From: Schmidtea polychroa
Lineage: Eukaryota
Reading direction: 5' to 3'
Assembly (NCBI GenBank): GCA_044892525.1
Contig: CM097885.1
Coordinates: forward strand, 53,756,001 to 53,820,000
Length of the DNA stretch: 64,000 nt
Part shown: positions 9,751 to 23,297 of the stretch, piece by piece
How the letters are laid out: every line of letters begins with the position of its first letter
Position numbering within the stretch: position 1 is the first letter of the stretch
Notes under the pieces: generated by a model
Databases searched by the model: none
Seen by the model: the letters and a program-made list of their open reading frames with translations, nothing else
What the model was told of the DNA's origin: nothing
Position numbers and translations under genes: made by a program

Positions 9751-10291
9751 TTGTCTTTTTACAATAATTTTATTTTCTTGAACGTTGACTTTGTTATGAG
9801 ATCGAATTTATTTATTTTGATTGGAGATGACACAATAGCTTCACCTTTACGTTTAATTGTCATTTTATAATCAACTTTTTACAAAAGAAACCATATTTAT
9901 ATAATTCCGTCTACTGGTTCATCCCAATGTATTCGTCAATAAGGCAGAGATCAGTAAAACAGGTATATAATTTCGTCCAATCTAGTATAACAAATTTGCT
10001 TTTCAATAAATTTTAAATTATTAATAAGCTCTAGTCACAAATTTTGTGTTTTGTAATTATAGATAATGTAAATTTATTGTTCAACTACATTATCTCAACG
10101 TCACTAAATTTGATTCTTTGCACTTGTCATTGAATCTGGTGCATTTAAACACAATAATTATTATTATTAAATCAATAATTATATTGATTAATAAATTCAT
10201 TTTTAGATATTTGATTTCTATTGGTTAATACAGTTGTATTTGACAAATTACAGCCAATCTGAATTTCTGTATCTACACACCCGCATTACAG

Positions 10292-13200
10292 ATGAGCTGT
10301 AAATTTGTCATGCATGTGGCAATTTGGAAATTCTTAATCTCTGGACTTTTGTTAACAAATATTCCAGTTATTCAATCACATCAAAATGCAATTAATTGTA
10401 CAGATTTATTTCATTCAAATGTGGATCAGAATAAATTGGAATATGCCAAAAAGTGGCTGCCATTGCGAAATGAAATCTTGACAGATTCTCAAATTTATGA
10501 AAAAGTACATCAAAATTGTCAAAAATTTTTAAAGGATCAAAAGTATTTTCTCAAATTTCCTAATTCCATCGAAGAGGAAAATTTTCGAATCGCATTCACA
10601 ATTGTCACATTTCAAAGTGCATCTCAAGTCGAAAGATTATTGAGAACGATTTATCGACCTTGGAATTATTATTGTATTCATATCGATAAAAAATCTGATA
10701 AGAGATTTACAGAAGCTCTTGAAGAATTAGTGAAATGTCTCAATTCCAAATATAAAAACATTATCAGTACAGTCAAACGGGTCGATGTTCAATGGGGTGA
10801 AATGTCTGTATTAATGGCAGATTTGAATTGCATGAAAGAACTTTTTGAAAGATATAAGGATTGGAAATATTTGATAAATTTGACCGGACAAGAATTCCCA
10901 TTAAAAACGAACAAGGAATTGGTTAAAATTCTCAAAACTTACAAAGGTGCAAATAATTTAGAAGGCACTTATAAAAGGCGAAACGAATATCGAGTTCCAA
11001 CTGTAAAATTGCCTTTCCCTGTAAGTATTTAAATATATATTTTTAATTATTTTAGTAAGCACTGTGAACACTAATTGGAAATTAAACTACATTTAAAATA
11101 CATCAAATATAACACAATATTTTATATTAATATTAAAAGGAAATATCAATTGACTAGATATTTTTTATGTAAATACGATTGTGCTTTGGCGCGTTAATGC
11201 ATTTAAAAACAGTTTGTTGGTTAGTAGTAACTATATTTGCATTCCTAAAATTTATTTATAATTTGATTGTTTTGGTGTAATAGAACAATATTTAATGGAA
11301 TAAGTGTCACAAAGAGTGAATTGATTTTTTAAAAATCATTAAAATAATTTTAGTGAATCAATTTTTGATTCATTTTTTTATTACTTATTTAGCAAAATGA
11401 CTAATGCAGTGGTGAACCCAAATCAATCGAAGGGCCAAATTTTCGGAAAAATACTATCACGGGCCACAATAAATTCAATTAAAAAAATATAACTCTTTTT
11501 TTCGATTCAAGTAAACTTAGAATAAATTTTTTTAATTAAAAATATGCTTAATTCGAATATGAATTCTAAAAAAGACAATTATTGATTTGATGTTTAAAGT
11601 TGTGTCCGGGCCACATCAAAAAGCTTCGCGGGCAACATTTGGTCCGCAGGCCACCGGTTGGCCATAGCTGGACTAATGCGATACTTATCAAGAATTTATC
11701 GATTAATAAATTCGTTATTTAAATTGATGATTTCCAACTCTACGTAGGAGTTTCGCTCCCCTGATGAGTATTTATTTTCTATGGCCATTTATTAAGAAGT
11801 TTTAGAATGTTACACTAACCGGCAATTGGTTTTCATCGAATGGACATTGATTTGCATTTTTAATAATATAAATATTAACTTACCTATAATAAATGTGTGT
11901 GTGTCAAAAAATTCATAGATGAATTCTCTTTCAATACATGGACGAACAAGAGATTCGGTAGATCACGAGTAGGCAATCGAATTTACAGCAATATGCCAAC
12001 AAATCGAGGTCCCAATATTTCTCTAGTTTTGAACAATATCCAAAGATGGGCCAATCCATTCACAAATTATTATTGGCTCTTTTAAAAGGAATCATATCAG
12101 TCATTTATAACCGAATTGACTGTGAAACGATGGCTCTGGATTCATTTTGATCCACGATAATGTATCCACCACAATAATATATCTTCATTGAAAAATCAAA
12201 TTTAAAAGTTGCCATATAATCCATTTTTGAACCCAATCAAAAGTGTGTTTGGCAAAATTAAAAATAGGGTAAGGACTAAAGTTTCTTCGGCTGGTGGATT
12301 TAGCAGACAGATTTACCTTCAATTTACTGCAATATCCCAAGCAGTTAATGAGGAACTTCGAAAACCAGATCATAGTAATTTCAAAATTCATATATTCATT
12401 TAAATAATCATATTAAAGATTCTTCCATAAATGCTTGAAGAAACTGAATATTTTAGGTGAACTATGAAAAATTTATTGTATATTTAAATAAATAAAAATC
12501 TTCTTTTTTCATTATTTTAACATAAAATCTTAAAATATAACTAAAACCAAAACAAAGCTCAATTAACATTGCTAAATGAATGTCTCATTTATGATAATCA
12601 AATGCGCTTTGGTGTATTAGGAAATTCATCTCCACTGTCTAATTAAATTAATGAGTTGTTACTAATAGATGTCTGAGGATATAACTCAACGACCTGTTAA
12701 CCAAAATAATCACTCAACACATACATTAATATTACAATTCAGAATCTCTTGTTAAATATTGATACACAATCGCCGCTTGATCTATGAGTAGATAACCCCA
12801 ATGGTGACGCCCATAAATATTCTGCTAAATGAATTTGATTTACTAATCTCTCGTTACAATTTATATTAATATATTTGTGTTTGTGTTCATCTCATCAGTT
12901 GCCATCATTTATTTCCCCGAAAAATTTTGATTTTTAATTTTTCGAATTTTAATGTATACTTTAGCATTTCATTTTTTTTGTGTTCTGCCTTAAATTTTCA
13001 CGTTTTGAGTAAACTTCACACAACAATGTTTTTCTATATTAATTCTATATAACCTCAGTAAAATCTATTATGGGGTGGAAAAGTGGTAGGTAAAGTTTAA
13101 ATTGAAAAACAGTCAGGAAAAACTGAAGGAAAATTAATTCAATATTTTTAAAATTGCAACAGAAAAGATTTATTTATCAAATAGTTCAACGAAATGAAGC

Positions 13201-14294
13201 AGAACAATGTTGGAGTGATGTAGAAATGCACAAAACAAAAATTGAAACACAAATAAAATCAATAAAAATATCATAATGACAAATGTGTAAAAATTAATTA
13301 AAAATTTACAAATTTTGAAAAAAAATATTGATTGAGATAAATATGTATTGTTGAACGCCAAATTGAGAGACGAGCCCAGGAAAAATAATATAAACTTAGA
13401 GAGGGGTCCCTAGTTATAACATAAAAACAAATTAATTAATCAGCTATTCACTAGTGGGAAACCCGAGCACTCTGGAAAACCCGATGTGTATAGACAGCGA
13501 AGAAGTAATGGAAGCCTGAGATTATCAAACGATTTTTGAAAAGTTGAAGGAAAAATAATTCAATAATTTTAAAATTGCAACGGAAGAGATTTATTTATCC
13601 AATAATTATGTGAATGGAACTACATTTGATCAAATTCACTTGAAAAAGGCAGTGCCGAAAATTCGTGAATATCAAAAACATCGATATATTTACTCATTCA
13701 TAGTCAAGCTTTTTAATAAAATATTTATTCAAATATATTAATATTTACTTTTTAATTTTATGATAAAGTTTATTTTGCTAGCTAATTTGGTATAAAGGAT
13801 CAGTTCACATCACAGGCAATCGGGATTTTATAAAATTTATTTTTGAGTCTCCAAAGTCACAAGTTCTTTTAGAAGCTTTAAAGGGTCAGCATATTCCTGA
13901 TGAACAATTTTTTGTAACACTCAATCACAATCCACAATTCAGAATTCCTGGATCATTTATTGGAGATCCCGATGATCCTGAGCTAGAGAAAGAACCGTTG
14001 ATTAATTTTATGACGAGATACAAAAATTGGGGAGGATACTCTTGTGAAAGTCAATTGAGAGTGAGAGGAATTTGTATTTGGGGAGTTGGAGATATACCAA
14101 AACTTGTAAAAGTCCCTCACTTATTTGCCAATAAGTTTTATGAAGATTTTCAACCAGGCACTCTGAAATGCATGGAAAAATGGTATTACAATAAAATTGA
14201 CAAGGAAATTCAGAAAAAATCCAGTGTTGTAATCAATGAAACCTTTTATAGTAGATTACCATTTGTTGTTCATCAGTTTGTACCACCAATTTAA
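10292..14294 (+). CDS. GCNT: Core-2/I-branching beta-1,6-N-acetylglucosaminyltransferase (GT14), copy A, 413 aa, exons 10292-11020 and 13782-14294
   Basis: Motifs [56 protein letters not shown] and HLFANKF. Phase-0 GTAAGT...TTGCTAG intron; frame intact. Confidence 0.92.
11407..11670. mobile_element. hAT (Charlie/Buster-type) MITE in the GCNT intron
   Basis: Perfect 8-bp TSD GACTAATG (11399-11406 and 11671-11678), CAG...CTG ends and GGGCC subterminal motifs. Confidence 0.8.
11900..12400 (+). pseudogene. Tc1/mariner (IS630-like) DDE transposase remnant
   Basis: FIDEFSF, a DN..HH-like segment and PYNPFLNPIKSVFGKIK (PYSPxLNPIE motif); frameshifted. Confidence 0.7.
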
Positions 14295-15219
14295 TAATTT
14301 TTTTAACTTGAATTTTTATTTTGATATTCATTTTTCAAGTTTGTAGAAACCATCAAATCTATAGAAATTCATCATTTTGAAGAACATTTTCTGAAAACTG
14401 AAATATATTCATAATTTCTAACGATTACTAGAACTGATTTTTTCATTGTTTGGCGTAGGCTGCTAAATTGTTATAATATTAAATAATATGAAAATAATAA
14501 TACGAAATTGTTTGTCCTGTTTTTGTTTTCCCGCCTAAAGTTATTTACTTTGAGTATTGGTATTCGAATACCAATCTTATTATGACAGTACTTTAAACTG
14601 ATCTACTTATAACCTAGAAACATGGTAAAGCTCTACAAATTTTCCTACTGAATTAAAACCAATCCAATATTTGTTTGACATAAATAGGTTAATGATAATT
14701 TTCAGTATTTATGCTGGGCTTTAATTAAATAATATTAGTCGGTAGATCTGACTTCTTTTGTTATATAAAATGCGAAACAATACTACCATCGTATTTACAA
14801 GTATGAGTAGATGGATAGGGGCCCACTAACTCACATACCACCTCGGGATAGAAATCTGTTTTGAAAATTAAGTAGGTCAATTTAAATATTATGTAGGTCA
14901 TCTCAAAACTTAATTTGGAAAAAACTGAATTGGAAGAAATGTTGAAATTCTTTAAAAAATATGTAAGTCAATTCAAAGACAGGAAGTTTTTTTAATTTTA
15001 TATAGGTCAACTCAGTGAATTAGAAAACTTTTTGAAAATTATGTAGTTCAAATCGATTTTAAAAGTAGGAGCCCGCTAACTCAATATTGATTATGGATGG
15101 TTTCTGACTGTATTTCTCAACCCATAAAAAATCCTTGTTACTAATATCCCAATGTGATATAACCTACTGAGAACTCAGTTTGTCTGTAATAAATCCAGTC
15201 ATAAATCATTATTTTTTTC

Positions 15220-17818
15220 AAAGTTAATTAAGGTTCAAATTTTTAAAATAAGTAATCAATGGACTAAAATTTTAAATTAAAGTTAAATAATTAAATTAAA
15301 GTAATGTAATAAGTTTAATAAATGTAATGTAAAGTAATGTAATAATAAATTTATTAACAAAAAGTTAGAATAATAGTCGGTGATTGAGAATTAAAATTTT
15401 TTAATGGAAATTTTAATGGAATAATTTTTTAAATTAATTTTTAATAGAAATTTTTATGGAATAATTTTTAGAGTCAATTTTAAATCGAATTTTTATTAAA
15501 TTAATTTCAAAGTCAATTTAAGATGAAAGTTGTTATGAAATATTTTTCAATGTTAATTTTAGATGCAAATCTTTGTCAATTAATCAGTCACTACATGAAA
15601 ATATTGGTTAAATATGTAAATAAGGGTTATATTTGGTTGTTAAGTATATTATGGTGTAAAATGTTAAATTAAGTAATACAAGGATAAATAGGTAAATAAA
15701 GGATAATTAAGTAAACTAAGATTCAAATTGTTTTTATTAAGTAATCAATGGTCTAAAATTTTAAACTAAATTAATAATTTTTAAATAAGTAAATTAAAGT
15801 AAGATTTTTAAATTTATTATCAAAAGATTGAATAACCATCAACCTTTTTTTGAGAAATGAAATTTTTTAATGAAAATCTTTATGAAATAACTTTTTAATG
15901 AAAATTTAAATGTTAAATTTTTTAAGTTAATTTTTAATGAAAATTTTATTGAAATAATTTTCAAATACAAATTTAGATGCAAATTTTAATGATAATAAAA
16001 AAAATAATAATTAAAAAATAATAATAAAAATAATTATAATAATAAAAATAATAATTATAATAATAATAAAATAAAAATAATGATAATAAAATTAATGATA
16101 ATAAAAATAATAAAACAATAAAATGATAATTTAAGCCTTTTGCTGCAAATAATGTATTTAATGAAATAATTTTCGATTATAAGATAGTCCTTGTCAATCT
16201 CCTGGAATTTAGCAATGTTCTTCCCCAAAATACCTTTCAATCTTTCTTTTATTTCCTTTCTCTTAATTCTCATTGGTTGTAAATATAATGAATTGTTTTA
16301 CTAAAAACTTTTAAAATTTTTATTTTTATTTTACATTTAAAATTTCAAAATGACACAAACTATAATTAGCTTCTAGAAGCCTAATAAAATATTTGAAAAT
16401 ATTCTAAATAAAGCCTCCAATAACCACTTATATATGCTATTTAAATATTTCAATAAATGTGTCAATTTTGATTTTCAAACCCTATTTTTTAAAATTTTTT
16501 CTATATTATTCTAATTATTACTTTTTAATTTATTCTATTTTTTTTAATTTCTTTATATATTGTCAGTTATTCTCAAGGTCAATGACAACAGATCAAATTC
16601 ATGATTTCATAGATTACTTCTTTAGTGTTGATCTTTGGCTGTCTGTTTATGATGAGAATTGCTTCTTTGAATCTGACATTTTTCTTTTGGATGTTTCCAT
16701 TAGCTATGATTTCTATTGAAATATTTTTTCTTTCCTCTGTTGGCTGACAATGCCGGAGATGTCTGCCCAACGAGGATGTTCCACCAGGATCTAGATGTTC
16801 TTTAACTCTTTGGTGCAAGATCCTGAGGGTACTTCCAATGTAGATTTCATTGCATACATTGCACGTGATGCAATAAACGATGTTTTTTCTAAAGCACATA
16901 TCTTTCGGTGTCTGGCAGTTTTTCATTGTGCAATTTTTTTCTCTATTTATGTTGCCTGCCAGAGCCCTTTTCAATGTCCAAGATTTATGTGCTATCCCAA
17001 TTGGAAGACCGGTACGTTTAAGTTCTTTCAGGATCTTGAAGTCGAGTATGTCACTGATGAATGGGATATTCAGATAGAAATATTTCTGATTCTTTTGTGT
17101 TAATTCCCTAGATCTTCTTGGGGTAGAATTCATTCTTTAAATGTCCTCACCTTGGTATCCGTTTCGCTGTAGGATTTTATTGAAATTTGATTGTTCTTTA
17201 AAGTTTTCGTTTTTCTCCGTGCATCGATTGGCTATTCTTCGTTTCTCGTTTCTTATGACATGTACTTTCTGTAAGTATGAAAGCGCTGATCTTTGGTGCA
17301 TAAATATTTCTTTGCGAGCTGGTTTTCTGTAGAACCCGTATGTTGGAGTATTTCCATCCATTTTGATTCTCAAATCCAATAAATTTAGGGATCCATCTTC
17401 TTCCGGATATTCGATTTCGAACTTAATATCTTGATGAGCCGCATTGAATGTATGAAATATTTCCTCTGCTTCTTTTCTGTTTTTGGTCGTGATGAAGATA
17501 TCATCTACATATCTTGCATAGAAACCGATGGGTTGAATGGTCCTCAGTGTCTGTCGTTCGAGGTTATCCATAAAGATGATTGCTAGCAGTCCTGATATGC
17601 TAGAACCTATCAGCAGACCTTTAACTTGTTTATATATATTTGTTCAAAGGTAAAATAGTGTTCTCGAGGATAACAGTAAGTAGTTTGGTGATATTCTCGA
17701 TATTCATTTCCTTTATTAACAAGTTGCTTTCTCTTAATTTCTTTTCTAAACATTGAATAGCCTCTTTTGGTTCGATAGATGTGTATAGTGATACGACATC
17801 AAGACTGAATGGGTATTG

Positions 17819-17875
<57 letters not shown>

Positions 17876-20870
17876 TAATAATAAAAATAAAAATAATAAT
17901 TATAATAATAATCCAACAATCAGATACCAACAACGAATAACTAAATATTTTTAGCTATGTACTAACAACCAAAAACAATCAGCAACTAGGTACCAGATAA
18001 CAAGTACTAACTCTCAAACCAACTATATATTCTTCATTGTATTTTATCAAATGCTTTTAAAACTAATTTTTTTATTAGTCTTTAAAAATATTTTAAATTA
18101 CAATCAATAGATAAACCTTTTCTAAGTGTCTAAATTTAACAAAAATGATGATTTTCAACAAAAATGAATAATCGTCAACTCAACACCACGTGGAATTGAA
18201 GATAAAATTACAATGAAAGACTATAGAATTTTAATTTACAAAAAATTCTTTTTTTATTTGATTACTACTGACTTATTATTACAAAGTAAAAATTGCATTA
18301 AATCAATAGTTATTGTTGATTCATTTTATTATATATACTCGGAGTTTATACGACAGGATGTTTTGACCCCCTAAGGGTATTAGTCATAAGGTTACTGATC
18401 GTAAGGGTACTAGTCGTAAAGGTTCTGGTCGTAAGGGTATTGGTAACACTCAACCCCCACCTATAGTTACCCCCATTAACTAGTTACCACATACTAACAA
18501 CTAGGTCTCAAACAACTAAATACTAAACACTTCACTTGAAAAAATTGGATGAAAAATTAATTGAACTCAAAGCTTTTGTAAGATTTACCAATAACTAGGT
18601 AAAAATTATTGTAAAAATTTAAATTATTCAAAACATACTAAATAAATATCCTAAAAGTGTAATTAATGAACAAGAAAGTACTTTTAATTCTAATCATTAA
18701 TCGTCCAGTAAAAAAAATACTGATCATTCAAGTTAATTTGAATCAACTAAGATAATAAATTAATAAGATCTAGTAAATAAATGATTTAGACTGAATAAAT
18801 AAATTAAATAAATTAATTGAAATAAATTAATTTTAATTTTTCTTTAAAAGACACATGTATATTCAAATTCATTGAGTGATTGATCACATTATTCATTTAC
18901 AATTATTAAATTCAAAAATATCTTAGAAATAAATATCAAAAGAGACTGATATAAACCTACTAATGATAAAATTTAATAAACAAGTAAATTCTTTTAACTG
19001 ACAATAATTGGTATATCCAATAAAATGATCTAAAAAGAACAAATTTCCCTGAAATAACTCTATCTTTAAAGATTAGTATTTTAACGATAAATACCTTTAA
19101 AAGGGTATATATTTCTTCAGACTAATAAGATTCCTTAAAATCCCTTTAAATGACTATAATTATATCTTTAATTTCTTTTATCACACATATTTCACTAAAA
19201 TCATCAAGAATCATTAACTCTAAACAATTTATAAAATCTATTGATAAAACCAGTTATAATTAAATTTTTGTTCTAAAATTCGAAATTAAAAATAAATATT
19301 ACTGTACAATTTACCCAAGTAGTTGCATTGAAAAATTAAATTTATCCATCAAATAAAATTTAATGATAAAACCAGTTATAATTAAAAAATAATTGAAAAT
19401 AATTAAAAGATTTTTCAAAAACTCGAAATTTAAAATAAATATTACTGTACAATTCCCTTATAACTGACTAAGGCCCATTGAAAGATTAAATTTATCCATC
19501 CAATAAAATATATTTCTTCAATGGTCATATTCTACCGATATTCAACCGATATAATTACTAATTAAAATCACCTGATAAATTTCCTCCAATAAAGATCAAT
19601 TTTCTTTAGTCGATGTACAAGACTTTTAAGTCAATATTTCTCAATTTTTGTCATTGTCCTCCTAAATAAAGATAAAAATATTTTTAAGTTGATAACAATC
19701 CCAATTATCTGTAAAGTTTTCATTGTCAAAACCAAGTAAATTGGTCATTAACACTACTTAATAAAACCCTGAATAATTAATAGAAAATTTAATAAAACAT
19801 TGTTCTAAATGATAAATCTAACTTAATTTACAATGCATTAATCACAACCTAACCAACTATCTCCCTTGAGGTTATATCCCCTTTAATTCAGTCAATCCTC
19901 TTAAAATCCTTAGAGAATTCTTCAAAAATATGAATTTTCATTAATTGTTACAGACACCAAACATTCTTCAATTGAAATAATTTAGTATCTATATAATAAG
20001 AGCCCACTAAAAGAATAAAATTCACTAAAATTTCTACAAATATTTACCATCAAATACCTAATTAAAGATGATATATACCCATAATTTACTTTTATTTTAA
20101 AATTTGTACATTAATTTACTTATTTGAAGTATTCGATTGCTTTAATTTACAAAATTGAACCTTAAATTACTTTAATTAAAATTTTACTTTAATTTTAAAT
20201 TTTGAACCTTAATTTACTTATTTGAGCCCATTGATTACTTAAATTAAAACCTTAGACCATAATTTACTTTAATTTAATTTTTTATACCATAATTTACTTT
20301 AATTCAAAAATCTGAACCTTAATTTACTTTAATTTTAAATTTTGAACCTTAATTAATTTATTTAGACCATAATTTACTGTAATTTAAATTTTAGACCATT
20401 GATTTACTTTAATTCAAAGACCTGAGCCCATAATTTACTTTAATTTAAAATTTAAGACCATAATTTACTTTAATTTAATTTTTTGGACCATAATTTACTT
20501 TAATTCAAAAATTTATCACGCTTTTTTTAGTGTAGATCACCTTTTTGTATTGAAAATCCCAGGACCAAGGAGACCGAACTTATTTTATTTGGAAAAATCC
20601 ACGCTTTTATAGTGCAGACCATCTTTTTCTATTGAAAATATCCTGAGACCTTAAATTACAATGCTTTTTTTAGTGTAAACCACCTTTTTCTATTGAAAAT
20701 CCCAGGACCAAGGAGACCGAACTTATGTTACTTGGAAAAATCCATGCTTTTTAGTGATAATTGAATTTTGTATTGAAAATCCCAGGACCAAGAAGAACCA
20801 TTCACTATAGTCTGAAAAATCCTGGCCTTTTTCCTATAGAGCCTATCTAAATGTATTGAAAAAAATATGT
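15220..20870. repeat. Large AT-rich composite non-coding element, copy A
   Basis: 15220-16000 and 17900-20077 are diverged reverse complements of ~50390-50900/53050-53500 and ~47440-50320. 20080-20860 resembles 53500-54200 in direct orientation (AATTTACTTTAAT satellite, GAAAATCCCAGGACC repeats). Confidence 0.8.
16125..17820 (-). mobile_element. Penelope-like retroelement, 5'-truncated (RT C-terminal half plus GIY-YIG endonuclease), disrupted
   Basis: SLDVVSLYTSI, GLLIGSSIS, YARYVDDIF, FYRKP, then KNIVYCITCNVCNEIYIGSTLR...RVKEH. In-frame TAA at 17137-17139 and a frameshift near 17645. AAT-rich tracts flank both sides. Confidence 0.9.
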
Positions 20871-22434
20871 GTAGCGTACTGCAGCAATTACGTAATCAAA
20901 AAAGCAAGAAAAAAATACTGCAGCAGTGGGGGTGTACGCCCCCCCCACTTTTCCCTTCAGGGAGCTCCTAACTACCTACTCGCTTAGTTTCTTTTAATCC
21001 TTCAAATTTTCCGGGAATAAATATTAATAGTAAAATTTAAACTACAAAAATAGCCTACTTATAGTAATTAATTAAGAAAAAAAAATATTTTTATAGTAAT
21101 ATAAATATTGAAATAGTTTGTTAGTAAATTAGAAAGAGAAAAATACGGCTAATTTATTGAAAATAAAACTTTCGAAAGTGATTTAGAAAACTTTGAAAAT
21201 AAATTGCACTGAGTAAAAGTTGACCGAAAGTTACTGCACGAGAATTAAATCGATTCGAAAGGTATTTGATTTTTTATATAAGTTGATTTACCTGATTGTT
21301 TACCTGAATATAAGCTTTACCGATTTTCATTCACCAGAAAATGGGAATCAATTTAAAATTGATTAAACTGCTTGGAATAGTTGCTTGGAACTTGTTGTAA
21401 AAATTTGAGCAGGGAATTGAGATAACAGTTCTATTAGTGAAACTGCTTTGTCGAGTTTTTCTGTCACACATACTACACTGTTTAAATAAATAAACAAACA
21501 TTCTATATAATATATAGTATATATTAATTAAATACAAATATACACTATTATTTTATTTTAATATATAAGTATGTTACAAACACACACCTAGAAACATTAG
21601 TCCTGTTTAGTTTATTGGATCGGTGATGAGTTATAAATTCAACAATTACGTCTTTGACTCTAAGCGTGTTTTATCAATTCATAAATTTACAATTTCGAAC
21701 AAGATAAACCTTTATTTAATCACAATAAATTGTACAAGTTGCAATTACAGCCAATCAACTCTAATATAGACAATTACCTAGAATAGCTCTCCGTGTACAA
21801 TTCGCCACTAATAATAATAATCACTAATAGTTGATCGATTTAATCACAGGAATACGTTATTCGATTGCTCTATTACGTTGACCACAATTATTCACTCAAA
21901 GAAACTCAATAGTCTGATTGACCTATACGACCAAAACAAAAAGAAACCGTCTGATAAATTCACTGGAACACTTTCTCAGTTATTTGATGTCACCAACGTT
22001 AAAGGAGGATGGAAAAGCACGGAGGATAAAGAGCCATACTAGGGGCAAGTTAAGAGTGAAAGAAAGATTGGTTATTCAATGGTCAAACAAATCCTTTTGG
22101 AATCAATCCACCCAAGAAAACAAATCCAACTATCAAAAACTCAACCTCAAGCCAGCTCTTCTCAATAGCAACCTACACAAACACATAAAACGGTCTCAGA
22201 TTCTTCGGATTCTAAAATCTCTTCTTCTTCACCCGAGTCGACAACCTCTTCTTCTACGTCATCTTCACTGAATGCAACTCGAAATACCAAATAGCAAGCA
22301 CTACAACAGCGGTTTTTCTAGTATTGAAAAACAACATTTCTACACATAAAGCACATGAGGTTCTTGCAACCTTTCCTGAACAGGGTCATGATGTGCCGGT
22401 TTCAAGTCAGGCGGGTGACTGGAATTAATCTCTG

Positions 22435-22743
22435 ATGGACAAAATACGAAAACTAAAATTGTTAAAAACTTCACAAGCAAAATGGAAATCAAATGCTTGG
22501 TTTCATTCACAACACTACAATGAAGCGACATTCAATGAACTGTTTACCTCACTCAACAATATAAAATGCAAGAAGCCAATTAAACGTTCAAAGACGCATT
22601 GGTCAGTCGAGGAGTTATTAATTGACATTCCAAGATCTAATCAAATTGTTGAACTTGCTATAAAATTCTTGGAGGAACTTAATGCGAAATCGAGAAAAAT
22701 TGACTTTTTGAAACTGAAGTTCATGGGAAAAAATATTTTTTAA
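22435..22743 (+). CDS. Orphan 102-aa ORF
   Basis: ATG start, protein-like composition and AATAAA ~55 bp downstream; no recognisable domain. Confidence 0.3.
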   Translation: MDKIRKLKLLKTSQAKWKSNAWFHSQHYNEATFNELFTSLNNIKCKKPIKRSKTHWSVEELLIDIPRSNQIVELAIKFLEELNAKSRKIDFLKLKFMGKNIF

Positions 22744-23297
22744 ACATTTCTTGTACATTTTGTACAGATTACAAACTGTCCTGTATCTTATTTCTTAATA
22801 AAAGTTGCTTAGTTATTACTATTACTCTTTTGAATAAATCTTAAAAAACGTCCTTTTTCTGAAAAAAAATTATTTCTTCGCTTTCTTCTTCCGAAAAGAG
22901 GGAGGAACGTTTTTAAAAAAAGAAAAATGAAATTGATATTCTTAAATTACACATAACCTTTCCTCGATTGCAAGTGGTTTCATAAAGAAGTTTTTTTGTT
23001 ATTACCCTAATATATATGTATTGCAAATGTCCTTCGATAATCATAAAACTGTATTTATTCCGATTTTGATTGGATATAAATAATTCAATATTTAAAAACT
23101 TTATGATAAAATGTCTCAAACAAAATTTTATATTAATTTATTAAATGATCTGGTCAGTCATAACCATAACAATGAAATCCTCAATAGCTCCAATACTTGG
23201 TCAATCCCACAGAGAAGATAATAGAAGCTACACCCCTGGAATATCAATTAATTTTAAATTTGGAGACATTGGAGAAAAAGAAATAATCCTTTCAAAA

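Noticed and set aside
11745..11790. Hairpin followed by CTGATGAG, a possible hammerhead
   Set aside because: No stem II or GAAA follows.
13125..13600. ~55-bp direct repeat at ~13125 and ~13545 in the GCNT intron
   Set aside because: Short local duplication with no termini or coding signal.
17134..17139. Possible selenocysteine or readthrough between RT and GIY-YIG
   Set aside because: The stop is TAA, not TGA, and the copy has another frameshift, so simple decay is more likely.
21398..21416. 17-bp match to ~55604-55620 in reverse complement
   Set aside because: Isolated and AT-rich; compatible with chance in a 64-kb window.
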